Origin: Candidatus Bipolaricaulota bacterium
GTDB lineage: Bacteria > Bipolaricaulota > Bipolaricaulia > UBA7950 > UBA9294
Direction: 5' to 3'
DNA: 64,000 nucleotides
NCBI GenBank assembly: GCA_040752575.1
Contig: JBFMGK010000015.1
Location: forward strand, 15,823 to 79,822
The notes under the pieces are model-generated. The model made no database searches, was not told where the DNA came from, and saw only the letters and a program-made list of their open reading frames with translations. Each line of letters starts with the position of its first letter. Position 1 is the stretch's first letter. Shown piece after piece: positions 1 to 9,335 of this stretch. The position numbers and the translations under genes are program-made.

Positions 1-2
1 CC

Positions 3-1445
3 GTGCTTTCCGGCGGAGAGGAAGCGCGCGCCGCGCTGGCGCGCGTCCTGTTGGAGCGTCCCGACCTCCTGCTCCTGGACGAGCCGACGAATCACCTCGA
101 TTTCGGAGCGCTCGACTGGCTCGAGGAACAGCTGCTCGAATTCCCCGGCGCCCTCGTTCTGGTCTCGCACGACCGCCACCTCCTCGAGCGAGTGGCCAAC
201 CGTACTTGGGAGATCGCGTTCGGCGAGGTCTCGGTGTATCGCGTCGGATACGGGCTCTCGCGCGACCTGCGCGACGAAGAGCGGCGCCGACGCCTCGAGG
301 CGTTCGTCGAGCAAGAGGAGACGATCGAGAAGTACAAGGACTTCATCCGACGCCACAAGATGGGCCAGAAGCACCGCCAGGCCAAGGATCGGGAGAAGAA
401 ACTCGAACGGATCGAAGAGAACCGGATCGAGCGCCCGCGGGAAGCGCAGCGCATCCGGCTTCGCATCTCTGCGGGGGCGCCGAGCGGCAAGCGGGTGCTC
501 ACGATTCGAAACCTCGCTGTGGGATTCGACCGGCCCCTGCTCAGCGTCCCCGAGGCCGAGCTGTACCGCGGAGAGAAGGTCGCCGTGATCGGGCCGAACG
601 GCTGCGGGAAGACGACCCTCCTACGGACGATCACCGGCGACGTTGCTCCGCTCGGCGGCGAGGTCGAGCGCGGGCACGGGGTGAAGGTCGCGGTCTTCTC
701 TCAGACGCAGGAAGGGCTCCACGACGACCGCACGGTCCTCGAGACGGTGCTTTCGCAAACGAATCTGACGATCAGCGAGGCGCGGGGTCTTCTCGGCTCG
801 TTCTTGTTCTCGGGCGACGACGTCGAGAAGAAGACGCGCAACCTCTCGGGAGGCGAGCGCAGCCGTGTCGCGCTCGCTCTGCTTTCCCTGATCGAGGGGA
901 ACCTGCTCTTCCTCGACGAGCCGACGAATCACCTGGACCTTGCCAGCCAGGAGATTCTCGAAGCCGCGCTGTTGGCTTACGAGGGAACCGTCTTGCTCGT
1001 GTCGCACGATCGCGCGCTGCTCGAGGCCGTCACGACCCAGGTCTGGCTCGTCGAGGGCACGCGCCTTGCCGCAAAGACGTACGGATACGCGGAGTTCCGT
1101 CGCCGCGCCGTCGAGGCGACAACGCGCTCGGCGATGCCCCCGGCGCATCGCGAGCCCCCCGCCGCGGTGCGCGCAGCGTCGGCACCCCGCGATGCGAAAC
1201 CAAAAAAAGCCGACCGGTACGAGCGACAGCGGATCGAGGACGAGCGCCGGCGCCTCGAGGAGACGATCGGGAGTCTGGAGGCCCGCTTGGCGGAGGTCGA
1301 ACGCGATCTGGCGGCGGCCAGCAGCCTGGGAGACACGGCGCGGATTGCCTCGCTCGGCGAGGACTATCTGCGCATCAAGACGGAGCTCTCGTCGAGTCTC
1401 GAGCTGTGGGGAGAGCTTCCGCCGGAAGGAGGTGGCCCTGCATGA
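3..1445 (+). CDS. ABC-F family ATP-binding cassette protein (5' partial; two ABC domains plus a C-terminal coiled coil)
   Basis: The ORF runs off the left edge. It carries ABC signature LSGGE and Walker B DEPTNHLD motifs twice, plus Walker A GPNGCGKTT. The charged helical linker and C-terminal coiled-coil tail are typical of the ABC-F (EttA/Uup-like) family. Confidence 0.85.
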   Translation: MLSGGEEARAALARVLLERPDLLLLDEPTNHLDFGALDWLEEQLLEFPGALVLVSHDRHLLERVANRTWEIAFGEVSVYRVGYGLSRDLRDEERRRRLEAFVEQEETIEKYKDFIRRHKMGQKHRQAKDREKKLERIEENRIERPREAQRIRLRISAGAPSGKRVLTIRNLAVGFDRPLLSVPEAELYRGEKVAVIGPNGCGKTTLLRTITGDVAPLGGEVERGHGVKVAVFSQTQEGLHDDRTVLETVLSQTNLTISEARGLLGSFLFSGDDVEKKTRNLSGGERSRVALALLSLIEGNLLFLDEPTNHLDLASQEILEAALLAYEGTVLLVSHDRALLEAVTTQVWLVEGTRLAAKTYGYAEFRRRAVEATTRSAMPPAHREPPAAVRAASAPRDAKPKKADRYERQRIEDERRRLEETIGSLEARLAEVERDLAAASSLGDTARIASLGEDYLRIKTELSSSLELWGELPPEGGGPA

Positions 1446-2137
1446 CGGGGATCCCGGGACGTTCGATCGGCGAACGCGTCCAGTACCTGCTGCGCTCCGT
1501 TCCGGCGGACGTTGTCGTCCTCGCCGCAGCCAAACTGCGGACGCCGGACGAGATCCGCGCTGCGCTCGACGCCGGCCTCGGCATCATCGGAGAGAACTAC
1601 GTTCAGGAAGCGCTCGCCATGCAGACCGCCCTCGGACGAGGCGGCGCCGAGTGGCACCTGATCGGCCACCTCCAGAGGAACAAGGCCAAAGACGCCGTCC
1701 ACGCGTTCGATCTCATCCAGACCCTCGACTCGATGCGTCTGGGAGGGGCCGTCGATGCCGCGGCGCGCGCCGCGGGGCGCATCATGCCGGTCCTCGTCGA
1801 GGTCAACAGCGGACGCGAGCCGCAGAAGGCCGGCGTGCTGCCGGAGAATGCAGCCGATCTCGTACAGGCTCTCGACCGATTGGACGCGTTGCAGGTCCTC
1901 GGCCTGATGACGATGGGGCCCGTCGTCGCCGATCCCGAGGCGCTGCGGACCGTGTTCCGCGACACGAGGCGTCTGTTCGAGACGTTTGCCCGTGAGAACT
2001 TTGCGAGAGCCCGCATGAGCATCCTATCCATGGGGATGAGCAACTCGTATCGGGTGGCGATTGAAGAGGGCGCGACCATGGTGCGGATCGGAAGCGCCCT
2101 GTTCGGCCCGCGGGACGAGGGACCTGTCGGCTCGTAA
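1442..2137 (+). CDS. yggS: YggS-family pyridoxal-phosphate homeostasis protein (alanine-racemase-N fold)
   Basis: A 231-aa reading frame embedded in the longer 206..2137 ORF. Its ATG overlaps the ABC-F stop. Conserved YggS/PLPBP blocks are present: GENYVQEA, HLIGHLQRNKAK and the MGMSNSYRVA C-terminus. Confidence 0.8.
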   Translation: MTGIPGRSIGERVQYLLRSVPADVVVLAAAKLRTPDEIRAALDAGLGIIGENYVQEALAMQTALGRGGAEWHLIGHLQRNKAKDAVHAFDLIQTLDSMRLGGAVDAAARAAGRIMPVLVEVNSGREPQKAGVLPENAADLVQALDRLDALQVLGLMTMGPVVADPEALRTVFRDTRRLFETFARENFARARMSILSMGMSNSYRVAIEEGATMVRIGSALFGPRDEGPVGS

Positions 2138-2167
2138 GTCGCGCCGAGCTTCCGCTGGATCGTGCCT

Positions 2168-2196
2168 TTGACATCGGTTGCCCCTTCTTGTATGAT
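2168..2196 (+). promoter_or_regulatory. Near-consensus sigma70-type promoter (TTGACA, 17 nt spacer, TATGAT)
   Basis: Direct read: TTGACA at 2168-2173, a 17-nt spacer, TATGAT at 2191-2196. It lies in the 430-bp gap downstream of yggS, in the same orientation as the small ORF at 2274 and the phosphodiesterase gene. Confidence 0.5.
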
Positions 2197-2273
2197 GGTA
2201 ACGGTGCGTTCCTGAAAGATTCGGACATTCCACTGCGGAGCGGGCGGCCGCGGAGACCGAGGTGGGGTAGGCT

Positions 2274-2552
2274 GTGCCGATCGCCGAATCAGGAGATCGC
2301 TTCCCCTTCTTCGAGGGGTTCGCGTCGCGGCTCGAGTACCTCGTTGCGTTGCGGCGACTCGAGACGTTTCTCGCCGAACTCGTCGCCGCGCCGCGCGACG
2401 AGTCGACTCGGCCCGATGAGCGCATCCTCTACGACTTCCCATCGCGTTCGGCCCTTCGCGTCGCCTGTCGGCGGCTCGCCGCAGACTTGGCCGGCGTGTC
2501 CTTCGAGGATGTCTGCCAACTGGGCGCCTCGCCTATCCCGGGACGCAACTAG
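2274..2552 (+). CDS. Hypothetical small protein (92 aa) with a GTG start
   Basis: A GTG at 2274 is preceded by a GAGGTGGGG ribosome-binding site 6 nt upstream, and the strong promoter lies about 70 nt upstream. I recognise no domain, and chance ORFs of this length are common at this GC content. Confidence 0.3.
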   Translation: MPIAESGDRFPFFEGFASRLEYLVALRRLETFLAELVAAPRDESTRPDERILYDFPSRSALRVACRRLAADLAGVSFEDVCQLGASPIPGRN

Positions 2553-2573
2553 CCACGCGCGGCTACAATCCGC

Positions 2574-3074
2574 GTGGAGGTTGACGTGAAACTGGGCATC
2601 CTATCCGACTCCCACGACCGCCTGCCGGCTCTCGAGGCAATCGTCGAGCGATTCAACGCAGAGAACGTGGACCTCATCCTTCACGCCGGCGACTTCGTGT
2701 CGCCGTTCACGTCGATTCCGCTCTCGCGTCTCCGTGCGCCGCTCCTCGGCGTATTCGGAAACAACGACGGCGACCGCCTGTACCTCACCCAGCGCTTCGA
2801 GGGGATCGGAACCCTGCACTCTGGGTATCACGTCTTCGAGGTCGATGGGCTGCGCGCCGTGTTGATGCACGAGCCGAAGTCGATCGATGCCCTCGCGGCG
2901 AGCGGCCAGGTCGACCTCATCGTCTACGGCCACACCCACGAGGCCGTGCTGCGCCAGGGGCGCCCGGCAATCATCAACCCCGGCGAGGCGTCGGGGTGGC
3001 TCACCGGCCGCGCGACCGCCGCCCTGTTCGACACGCAGACGATGACGGGCGAGATCGTTCGCTTCTCCCTCTAG
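2574..3074 (+). CDS. YfcE/MJ0936-family metallophosphoesterase (phosphodiesterase)
   Basis: Motifs LGILSDSHD, LHAGDF, GNND and GHTH match the calcineurin-like phosphoesterase family. The true start may be the GTG at 2586 (VKLGILSD). Confidence 0.8.
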   Translation: MEVDVKLGILSDSHDRLPALEAIVERFNAENVDLILHAGDFVSPFTSIPLSRLRAPLLGVFGNNDGDRLYLTQRFEGIGTLHSGYHVFEVDGLRAVLMHEPKSIDALAASGQVDLIVYGHTHEAVLRQGRPAIINPGEASGWLTGRATAALFDTQTMTGEIVRFSL

Positions 3075-3094
3075 GCGCGCGGGCGCGTCGCAGT

Positions 3095-6000
3095 CTACTT
3101 CCGCTCGACAACGACGGTATCGATCACCAAGTCCCTGTTGAGGTCCGTGATCACGGCCAAGATCTTCGACTGGACAGCCCGGTAGTTGCCGATCAGGTAA
3201 TCGACCGAGTAGCGCAGATCGTCCTGCGCCCCGTCTCCGTCGAAGTCTCCGCCTTGCACATGGCGCGAGAGGATCGTAAGGCGCAGGTCGAGCAGCACGT
3301 TGTTGTCGAGATCGATGGCCACGGCGCGGGCCTGGCCGGTCGGCATACAGCACACGGTGAACGGCTCCAGCCACACGCGATCGTCGATGCACTCGTCGAA
3401 GTCGAGGTCGACCTGCGTGAACGCGACGGGGTGGCTCTCGGGATCGTACTCGTCGGTTCCGGCAGTGATCTCATCGGCGTTCGCGAAGCGGTCGCCATCA
3501 TCGTCCACCGGCTCGCCGGCGACCGGCGCGAGGAACGGCAGAAGCTCCGAGTTGCAGGGGTCTTCGTCGAGTCCGTCGATGAACCCGTCGGAGTCGGAGT
3601 CGCGGTTCGTCGGATCCAGAACAGGGACAAATCGGATCGAGAAGTCCACGGGATCCTCATCGAACGCCCCGTCGCCGTCGTTGTCCAATTCATCGAGCGG
3701 ATCCTCGTCGATCCATCCGTCCACGTCGTTGTCGAGCGTCGTGAAGGTCGTCTCGACGCAGACGTAGGCCACTTCGAAGCCGTCGAACAGCCAGTCGTTG
3801 TCCGTGTCGTGATCGAGCGGATTCGTCGGATTGAACGGGAAGGCGCTCGCCGGATTGGGCTGGTAGCGCTCGTCGTAGTCGGTCAGATCGTCGTCGTCGG
3901 TGTCGGCATCGCACGGGTTCGTCTCCTCGGGATCCGGCAACGTCGTCTCGACCGATGACGTGAAGATGTCGAAGTCGCTCGACAGGAAGTCGAAGTTCCC
4001 GTCGTGGTTCATCTCCTCGTAGCCGTCGGAGAGCCCATCCCCGTCGGTATCGGGATTGAGCGGATCGAGGCAGCCGCAAGCCGGGTAGACCACATGGATC
4101 GTCCGCCCGAACAGATCCGTGGCCGGGATCATGTACTGGCGCGACGTAGAGAAGCCGAGCTTCTCAATGCCGTCGCCTTCCGCGTCGCCGTCGGTGTCAT
4201 GCTGGTTCGGATCGGTCTCCCCCAGATCCCAGGTTCCGTTTCCGTTCTCGTCTTCGCCCAGGCCCATCGGATTCGGGTGGTCGCCGATCCCGCCCGCGCT
4301 CCCCGGCCTTGCCGAGACAGCGCACGGCGCGTTGCCCGGCACGCTGCACGCTTTGCAGAGCGGGTTCACCAGGACCGTGGGGTGCCCGCTGACCATGTAC
4401 GGAGTTCCCGCTCCGCCGTCGCACAGCCCATCGCCGTCGGTGTCGGCATTCACCGGATTCGTCGTGTTCGACCCGAAGACTTCGGCCGAGTCCAGCAATC
4501 CGTCGTCGTCGGTGTCCGGGTCGAACGGGTCGGTGGGGATCGGCCCTCCCCCCGTGACCTCGTGCCAGTCGCCGCGCCCGTCATCGTCGGTATCCCAATC
4601 CTGAGGGTCGGTCCCCAGCCCGACCTCCTCGCCGTCCGTGAGTCCATCGCCGTCGGAGTCCGGATCGCAGACGTTGCACAGGAGATCGTCATCCTGCTCC
4701 CCCGTCGCCGCCGTGACGATCGTGCGCACGGTGCCGGGCGCCCGAATGTCGGCAGCCGCTACATCCTCAAACCCTTCGAAGAAGATGTACGCATACGCGA
4801 GGCCCGGACCTTGCCGGGAGATGGGAATCACCGCGCCATCCTGGACGCCGTCGCCATCCGAGTCGTCGTCGTTGACATAGGGACACGTCGCATCGCGGGC
4901 CCCGCCAAGACCGCCGGCCAGGTTGGCTACGCCGGTTCCATGGTTCACGACATCGCCGCACTCGCCTTCGACGGGATCGAACAGGTGATCGTCGTCGGTG
5001 TTGATGTCGAGCGGATCGGACTCCTGGTCGAAGGTGCGCTGTGGCGTCGCGCCGGGCGTTCCGCCGGTCGCAATCAGCTCATCCGCATCGAACAGCGTAT
5101 CGTTGTCGCTATCAGCATCGAGTGGGTCCGTTCCGGTGACCATGACCTCTTCGTAGTCCGATAACCCGTCGTTGTCCGAATCCACATCGAGCGCAGGCAC
5201 TGTCTCTGCCATCGCTGGGCCGGAGGCGGGCGTGAAGGTGAACAACGGGCCGCCGCCATAGTCAGGCCCCACCGGAGTCACCGTGGATCGCCCCTCGGGA
5301 ATAACCGTACTGAATCCGGGAGCCACAGGCGGTCTTCCGCCGAGGGGTCCGCCGCCGATGAGGTTGGCCTCTTCACCGTCTCGGATCCCGTCGCCGTCGG
5401 TATCCGGATTGCAGGGATCGGTCTCCCAGTAGGCAACCGTCTTGCTCGATGGCGTGCCGAAGGATCCAATGACGATCCCGGCGCCGGCGTCGCCCCACGT
5501 CCCGTCATGGTTGGCGTCTTCTACGCCATCCTGTAAGCCGTCGTTATCGGAGTCATCGTCGTTAACGTAGGGGCACGTGTTGTCGGGTAAGCCTCCCAGA
5601 CCTCGCGACGTGCCCAAGCCCGATCCCGGGTATTCATTCTGATCCGGGATGTCGTCGTCATCGGTGTCCGGGTCGAGCGGATCCGAGACCTGAATGAACG
5701 AGCGGCTCGGCCACGCTCCCGAGATCGCCATCAACTCGTCCGCATCGCTCAGCGTGTCGTTGTCACTATCCTGATCGAGCGGATCCGTTCCTGTGACGAC
5801 GACTTCCTCGTAGTCGGACAACCCGTCGTTGTCGGCGTCATCGTCCAGGGGAGGCACCGTCCCCACGAGCGGGGCGCCGGCGGCCCCGAAGGTGGTCGAT
5901 ACGCCCTCGGCGATGACCGGCGTGAACCCGTTCGTCGCGCTGATGAGGAGCCCGCCAAGTAGGGCGACTTCCTCGCCGTCCGTCAGTCCATCGCCATCGG

Positions 6001-9000
6001 TGTCCGGATTGCAGAAATCGGTCTCCCCCGACGGGTTGATCTGGGCCTGCGACGTGGAGTCCCCGAGGATGCCGAGGGTGATCGTTCCATTGCCGTCCCA
6101 GCTCTCGGCGCCGTCCTGCAACCCGTCGTCGTCGGAATCGTCGTCGTTGACGTACGGACAAGCATGGTCGCCGTTGCCGCCGAGTCCTTGGGTGGTGCCG
6201 AGACCGGTCCCGGTGTACTCGATGTCGTCGCGCAGCCCGTCATCGTCCGTGTCCGGGTCAAGCGGATCGGATACCTGGGCGAACGTCCGCACCGGCCAGG
6301 CGCCGGAAAGGGCAAGCATTTCGTTCGAATCGGACAGCGAGTCGCCGTCCGAGTCCCAGTTCAGCGGATCGGTGCTGGTGACGACAACCTCTTCGTAGTC
6401 GGAGAGGCCGTCGTCGTCGGAGTCCGTATCGAGGGCGGGCAGGGTCGTAACGTTCCCCGTCGGCGTCGAGGCACTCACGGAACCATGTCCAAACAGCGCC
6501 TCCTCTTCGCCGTCCAGCAGACCGTCCGCATCGGAGTCTGCGCTGCAGAAGTCGGTCTCTCCGCTTCCCGTGGTCCCGGTGCCGCCCAACGTCTGCGTGA
6601 TGGCGCCATCACGGTCCGTGTCCTCGTGCCCATCCTGAAGGCCGTCGTCGTCCGAGTCCGCGTCGTTGACGAACGGGCACCCTGCGCTGATCTCCACGGC
6701 GTCGTTGAGTCCATCTCCGTCGGTGTCCTGCATGAGAGGATCCGCGTGGTCGCGTATCTCGGAGAGAGCCCATGTGCCGACTTCCGTCCCATCGGTCTCG
6801 GTATCGCAGTCCGTGTCAGCCACGCAGAAGCTCGTATTGTAGAGACCGGCCTCGTCTCCGTCCGACAGCCCATCGGCGTCGCTATCGGGGTTGTTCGGGT
6901 TGGGACGACGCGAGCCGCCGTAGTAACCGCCCGCTTCCTCGATCTCGTCCTGATCTCCGAGCCCGTCGCCATCGCTATCCCAGTTGTTGTAGTCCGTCCC
7001 GGTAACGTTCTCCTCGAGCACGTCGGGAAGCCCGTCGTCATCGAGATCGGTGTCCATCGATAGGATCGCGATGTCGAGAAGGATTCCCGCGCCGGCGACG
7101 ATCGCCTTGGCGATGTCGCTGTAGGGAATCGTTACACCCGTCTGGACGATTAGCCCGCCGGTGATGACACCATCAGGAATCACGTCGAGGACGAGAGCCG
7201 TCGTGTCGAGACCGAGCTTCACGGCCTGCAGCGCAACCTCCGACGCATTCAGGTCGAAGATCATCTGCGCAATGTCCTTCCCGCCCGAGCCGCAGCCGTC
7301 GTCGCAGTCCGCGCCCGTTGTTCCGTCGCCCGGATCGTCGGGGAACTGGTCGTACCTCTCGACGTTCACGGAGCCCGTCGACCCGAGGTGGACTCTGTCC
7401 GTGGGCTCATAGCGTACGGTGACGTTCACGAGCGGCGACGTTGTGGAAAAGCTGTCGGTGCAGGAAAGCATCGCGCCGGATAGCCCGGCGCAAGCGATCT
7501 CATCCGGCTCCAGCAGATGGATGTCCCCTTGAAGAACCGTGGCGACTCCTGCGTTGCCCGGATCTTCGCGCACGGTCGCCGTGTAGCTCACGCCCGTCGC
7601 CGTGCTGGTTCCCGTGACCTCTGTGATCGTTGGACGTCGCTGCAAGCCCTGGCCGAAGTAGCCTTCGCTGTTGGCGTGGATTCCGTCGGCCGCCGTGTAG
7701 TCGGCGTAGATGGTGTCGATTCCGGCATCGCCATCCAGTCCTGTGCAGGTGTAGACGAAGGCCCCCGACGGCGCAACGCCCAGCGCAGGGACCTGGGTGG
7801 CATCGCCGCCTAGGTACGAGGAATAGCTCAGCACACCGACGGGATTCGTTGCCGTCCCGACGCCGGCGACATCGGTCACCGTGACGGTATACGAGCAGCC
7901 TTCGCGAACGAGGATCGTCTCGCTGCAGCCGCTGACCGTCACTTCGGTCGGACGAAGGAGCACGTTCAGCACTTCCACGGTGGAACTCTCCGAGTAGATG
8001 TCCGAAGTCGAAGCGAACGTTGCCGTGAGCGTCGTCATCCCCGCTTCGAACGCCCCCGGAGTGTAGGTCACCGTGCAGCAACCGTTGGCATCGAGCGCCG
8101 GGGTAGCGTCGCTGAACACGCCCGTGCCGTCTGTGGTCAACGCAATGTCTTGGCCGCTCAGGGAACCCGGCACGCCAGCCGTCGTGTCGTCCTCGACGCA
8201 CACGCTGATCGTCACCGCCTGACCGATGTAGGCTGTCGCCGGCGACAGCAGCATGACGACATCCGCGGCACGTTTCTCGAGCGCCTGACTGAATGTGTCG
8301 CTGCTTGTAGCGTAGGCACTGTCGCCCGCGTAGCTGGCCGTGATCACGTGCGGCGTGGTCGCAGCGTCCGTCGGCGTGTACGTGAACTCGAACTGCCCAC
8401 CTTCCGCCGCCGTCAAGGTGTGCGTCGCTGGACTCAGCGTCCCGTTGCCGGTGTGGGAGAGGGTCACCGTACCCGTCGGCGCCGCGCCGAAGCTCGTCGG
8501 AACTCCCTCGACGACAACCGTTCCCGTCGCTGTCTCGTTCACAACCAGCGGGGTGTCGGACACGAAGACCGTCGTGACCGTCGGGCGCTTGGAGACCGTG
8601 TGCCCTTCGGTGTCGCTGGAGTCGATGTAGTCATCGCTGCCGGCGTAGGTGGCGGTGATGGTGTGCGTTCCTACAGGAAGCGCCTCGGTCGTGAGCACGG
8701 CTCGGCTCGTTGCCGTTCCCGTCGACACGAGGCCCGCCGTGCCCAAGATGGTTCCGGAGCCGTAGGTGAACGACACCGTTCCGCTTGGGCTACCGCTTCC
8801 GGGCGATGTCACGGTGACGTCGGCTGTCAGGGTGACGGTCTCACCAAGGACGGAGGGGTCGGGCGCAGTCGAAAGAACCAGCGTGGTGGCCGCCCGGTTG
8901 ACGACGTGCGTGCCGGTGCCGCTGGCCGAGCCGAACTCCGTCGGGTCGAGCGGCACGAACGCGGCCGTGAGCGTTTTCGTACCCGCCGTGTAGGTCGTCA

Positions 9001-9325
9001 GGGTGCAGCCCCAGATCCAATTGTCGGGGTACGTGCCGCTCGAGACCGTACGACTGCAGATGCTCCCTTCGCCATCGTCGACGGTGATCGTCCCGTAGAG
9101 GTTGTAGCCGCCCGGGTTGCTCGCGGCGCGGTCCACCCGGAACCGGACATAGTAACCCTCTCCAACCAGCGATGGCTCGATGTCGGACCCCGTGATGGTC
9201 ACCGTGACCGGGATCTGCGCCAGCACCGGGAGGCTGCATGCCGCGACCAGCAAGAAGAGAAGGACGAAGTACTTGGCGTAGCCTGTCAACACACTGTGTG
9301 TTCTGCCATCTGCCGCGTTTCTCAT
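3095..9325 (-). CDS. Giant secreted repeat protein (2076 aa): N-terminal signal peptide, Ig-like domains, then tandem blocks of thrombospondin type-3-like calcium-binding repeats
   Basis: The N-terminal hydrophobic signal (FVLLFLLVAACSLPVLAQ) is followed by about 650 aa of T/S/G/V-rich beta-sandwich sequence. There are dozens of DxDxDGxxDxxE motifs (DTDGDGLTDGEE, DSDNDGLSDYEE, DDDSDDDGLQDG). At least three roughly 200-aa tandem blocks repeat the pattern DPLNWDSDGDSLSD...AWP.RTF.QVSDPLDPDTDDD...CPYVNDDDSD.DGLQDG...DTDGDG. Confidence 0.85.
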   Translation of the reverse strand: MRNAADGRTHSVLTGYAKYFVLLFLLVAACSLPVLAQIPVTVTITGSDIEPSLVGEGYYVRFRVDRAASNPGGYNLYGTITVDDGEGSICSRTVSSGTYPDNWIWGCTLTTYTAGTKTLTAAFVPLDPTEFGSASGTGTHVVNRAATTLVLSTAPDPSVLGETVTLTADVTVTSPGSGSPSGTVSFTYGSGTILGTAGLVSTGTATSRAVLTTEALPVGTHTITATYAGSDDYIDSSDTEGHTVSKRPTVTTVFVSDTPLVVNETATGTVVVEGVPTSFGAAPTGTVTLSHTGNGTLSPATHTLTAAEGGQFEFTYTPTDAATTPHVITASYAGDSAYATSSDTFSQALEKRAADVVMLLSPATAYIGQAVTISVCVEDDTTAGVPGSLSGQDIALTTDGTGVFSDATPALDANGCCTVTYTPGAFEAGMTTLTATFASTSDIYSESSTVEVLNVLLRPTEVTVSGCSETILVREGCSYTVTVTDVAGVGTATNPVGVLSYSSYLGGDATQVPALGVAPSGAFVYTCTGLDGDAGIDTIYADYTAADGIHANSEGYFGQGLQRRPTITEVTGTSTATGVSYTATVREDPGNAGVATVLQGDIHLLEPDEIACAGLSGAMLSCTDSFSTTSPLVNVTVRYEPTDRVHLGSTGSVNVERYDQFPDDPGDGTTGADCDDGCGSGGKDIAQMIFDLNASEVALQAVKLGLDTTALVLDVIPDGVITGGLIVQTGVTIPYSDIAKAIVAGAGILLDIAILSMDTDLDDDGLPDVLEENVTGTDYNNWDSDGDGLGDQDEIEEAGGYYGGSRRPNPNNPDSDADGLSDGDEAGLYNTSFCVADTDCDTETDGTEVGTWALSEIRDHADPLMQDTDGDGLNDAVEISAGCPFVNDADSDDDGLQDGHEDTDRDGAITQTLGGTGTTGSGETDFCSADSDADGLLDGEEEALFGHGSVSASTPTGNVTTLPALDTDSDDDGLSDYEEVVVTSTDPLNWDSDGDSLSDSNEMLALSGAWPVRTFAQVSDPLDPDTDDDGLRDDIEYTGTGLGTTQGLGGNGDHACPYVNDDDSDDDGLQDGAESWDGNGTITLGILGDSTSQAQINPSGETDFCNPDTDGDGLTDGEEVALLGGLLISATNGFTPVIAEGVSTTFGAAGAPLVGTVPPLDDDADNDGLSDYEEVVVTGTDPLDQDSDNDTLSDADELMAISGAWPSRSFIQVSDPLDPDTDDDDIPDQNEYPGSGLGTSRGLGGLPDNTCPYVNDDDSDNDGLQDGVEDANHDGTWGDAGAGIVIGSFGTPSSKTVAYWETDPCNPDTDGDGIRDGEEANLIGGGPLGGRPPVAPGFSTVIPEGRSTVTPVGPDYGGGPLFTFTPASGPAMAETVPALDVDSDNDGLSDYEEVMVTGTDPLDADSDNDTLFDADELIATGGTPGATPQRTFDQESDPLDINTDDDHLFDPVEGECGDVVNHGTGVANLAGGLGGARDATCPYVNDDDSDGDGVQDGAVIPISRQGPGLAYAYIFFEGFEDVAAADIRAPGTVRTIVTAATGEQDDDLLCNVCDPDSDGDGLTDGEEVGLGTDPQDWDTDDDGRGDWHEVTGGGPIPTDPFDPDTDDDGLLDSAEVFGSNTTNPVNADTDGDGLCDGGAGTPYMVSGHPTVLVNPLCKACSVPGNAPCAVSARPGSAGGIGDHPNPMGLGEDENGNGTWDLGETDPNQHDTDGDAEGDGIEKLGFSTSRQYMIPATDLFGRTIHVVYPACGCLDPLNPDTDGDGLSDGYEEMNHDGNFDFLSSDFDIFTSSVETTLPDPEETNPCDADTDDDDLTDYDERYQPNPASAFPFNPTNPLDHDTDNDWLFDGFEVAYVCVETTFTTLDNDVDGWIDEDPLDELDNDGDGAFDEDPVDFSIRFVPVLDPTNRDSDSDGFIDGLDEDPCNSELLPFLAPVAGEPVDDDGDRFANADEITAGTDEYDPESHPVAFTQVDLDFDECIDDRVWLEPFTVCCMPTGQARAVAIDLDNNVLLDLRLTILSRHVQGGDFDGDGAQDDLRYSVDYLIGNYRAVQSKILAVITDLNRDLVIDTVVVERK

Positions 9326-9335
9326 ATCTTCTCCT

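Noticed and set aside
206-1441. The 5' two-thirds of the 643-aa ORF 206..2137, and many similar long ORFs (1603..2442-, 4004..5164+, 20593..22065-, 20883..22940+, 28996..31035+, 35535..37571+, 38630..39898+, 57655..59109+, 49590..51209+ and others)
   Set aside because: These are alternate-frame or antisense shadows of clearly recognisable genes in a ~70% GC genome. Their translations are Arg/Ala/Pro/Gly-rich and low-complexity with no motifs. Only the 3' part of 206..2137 (YggS, from 1442) is real.
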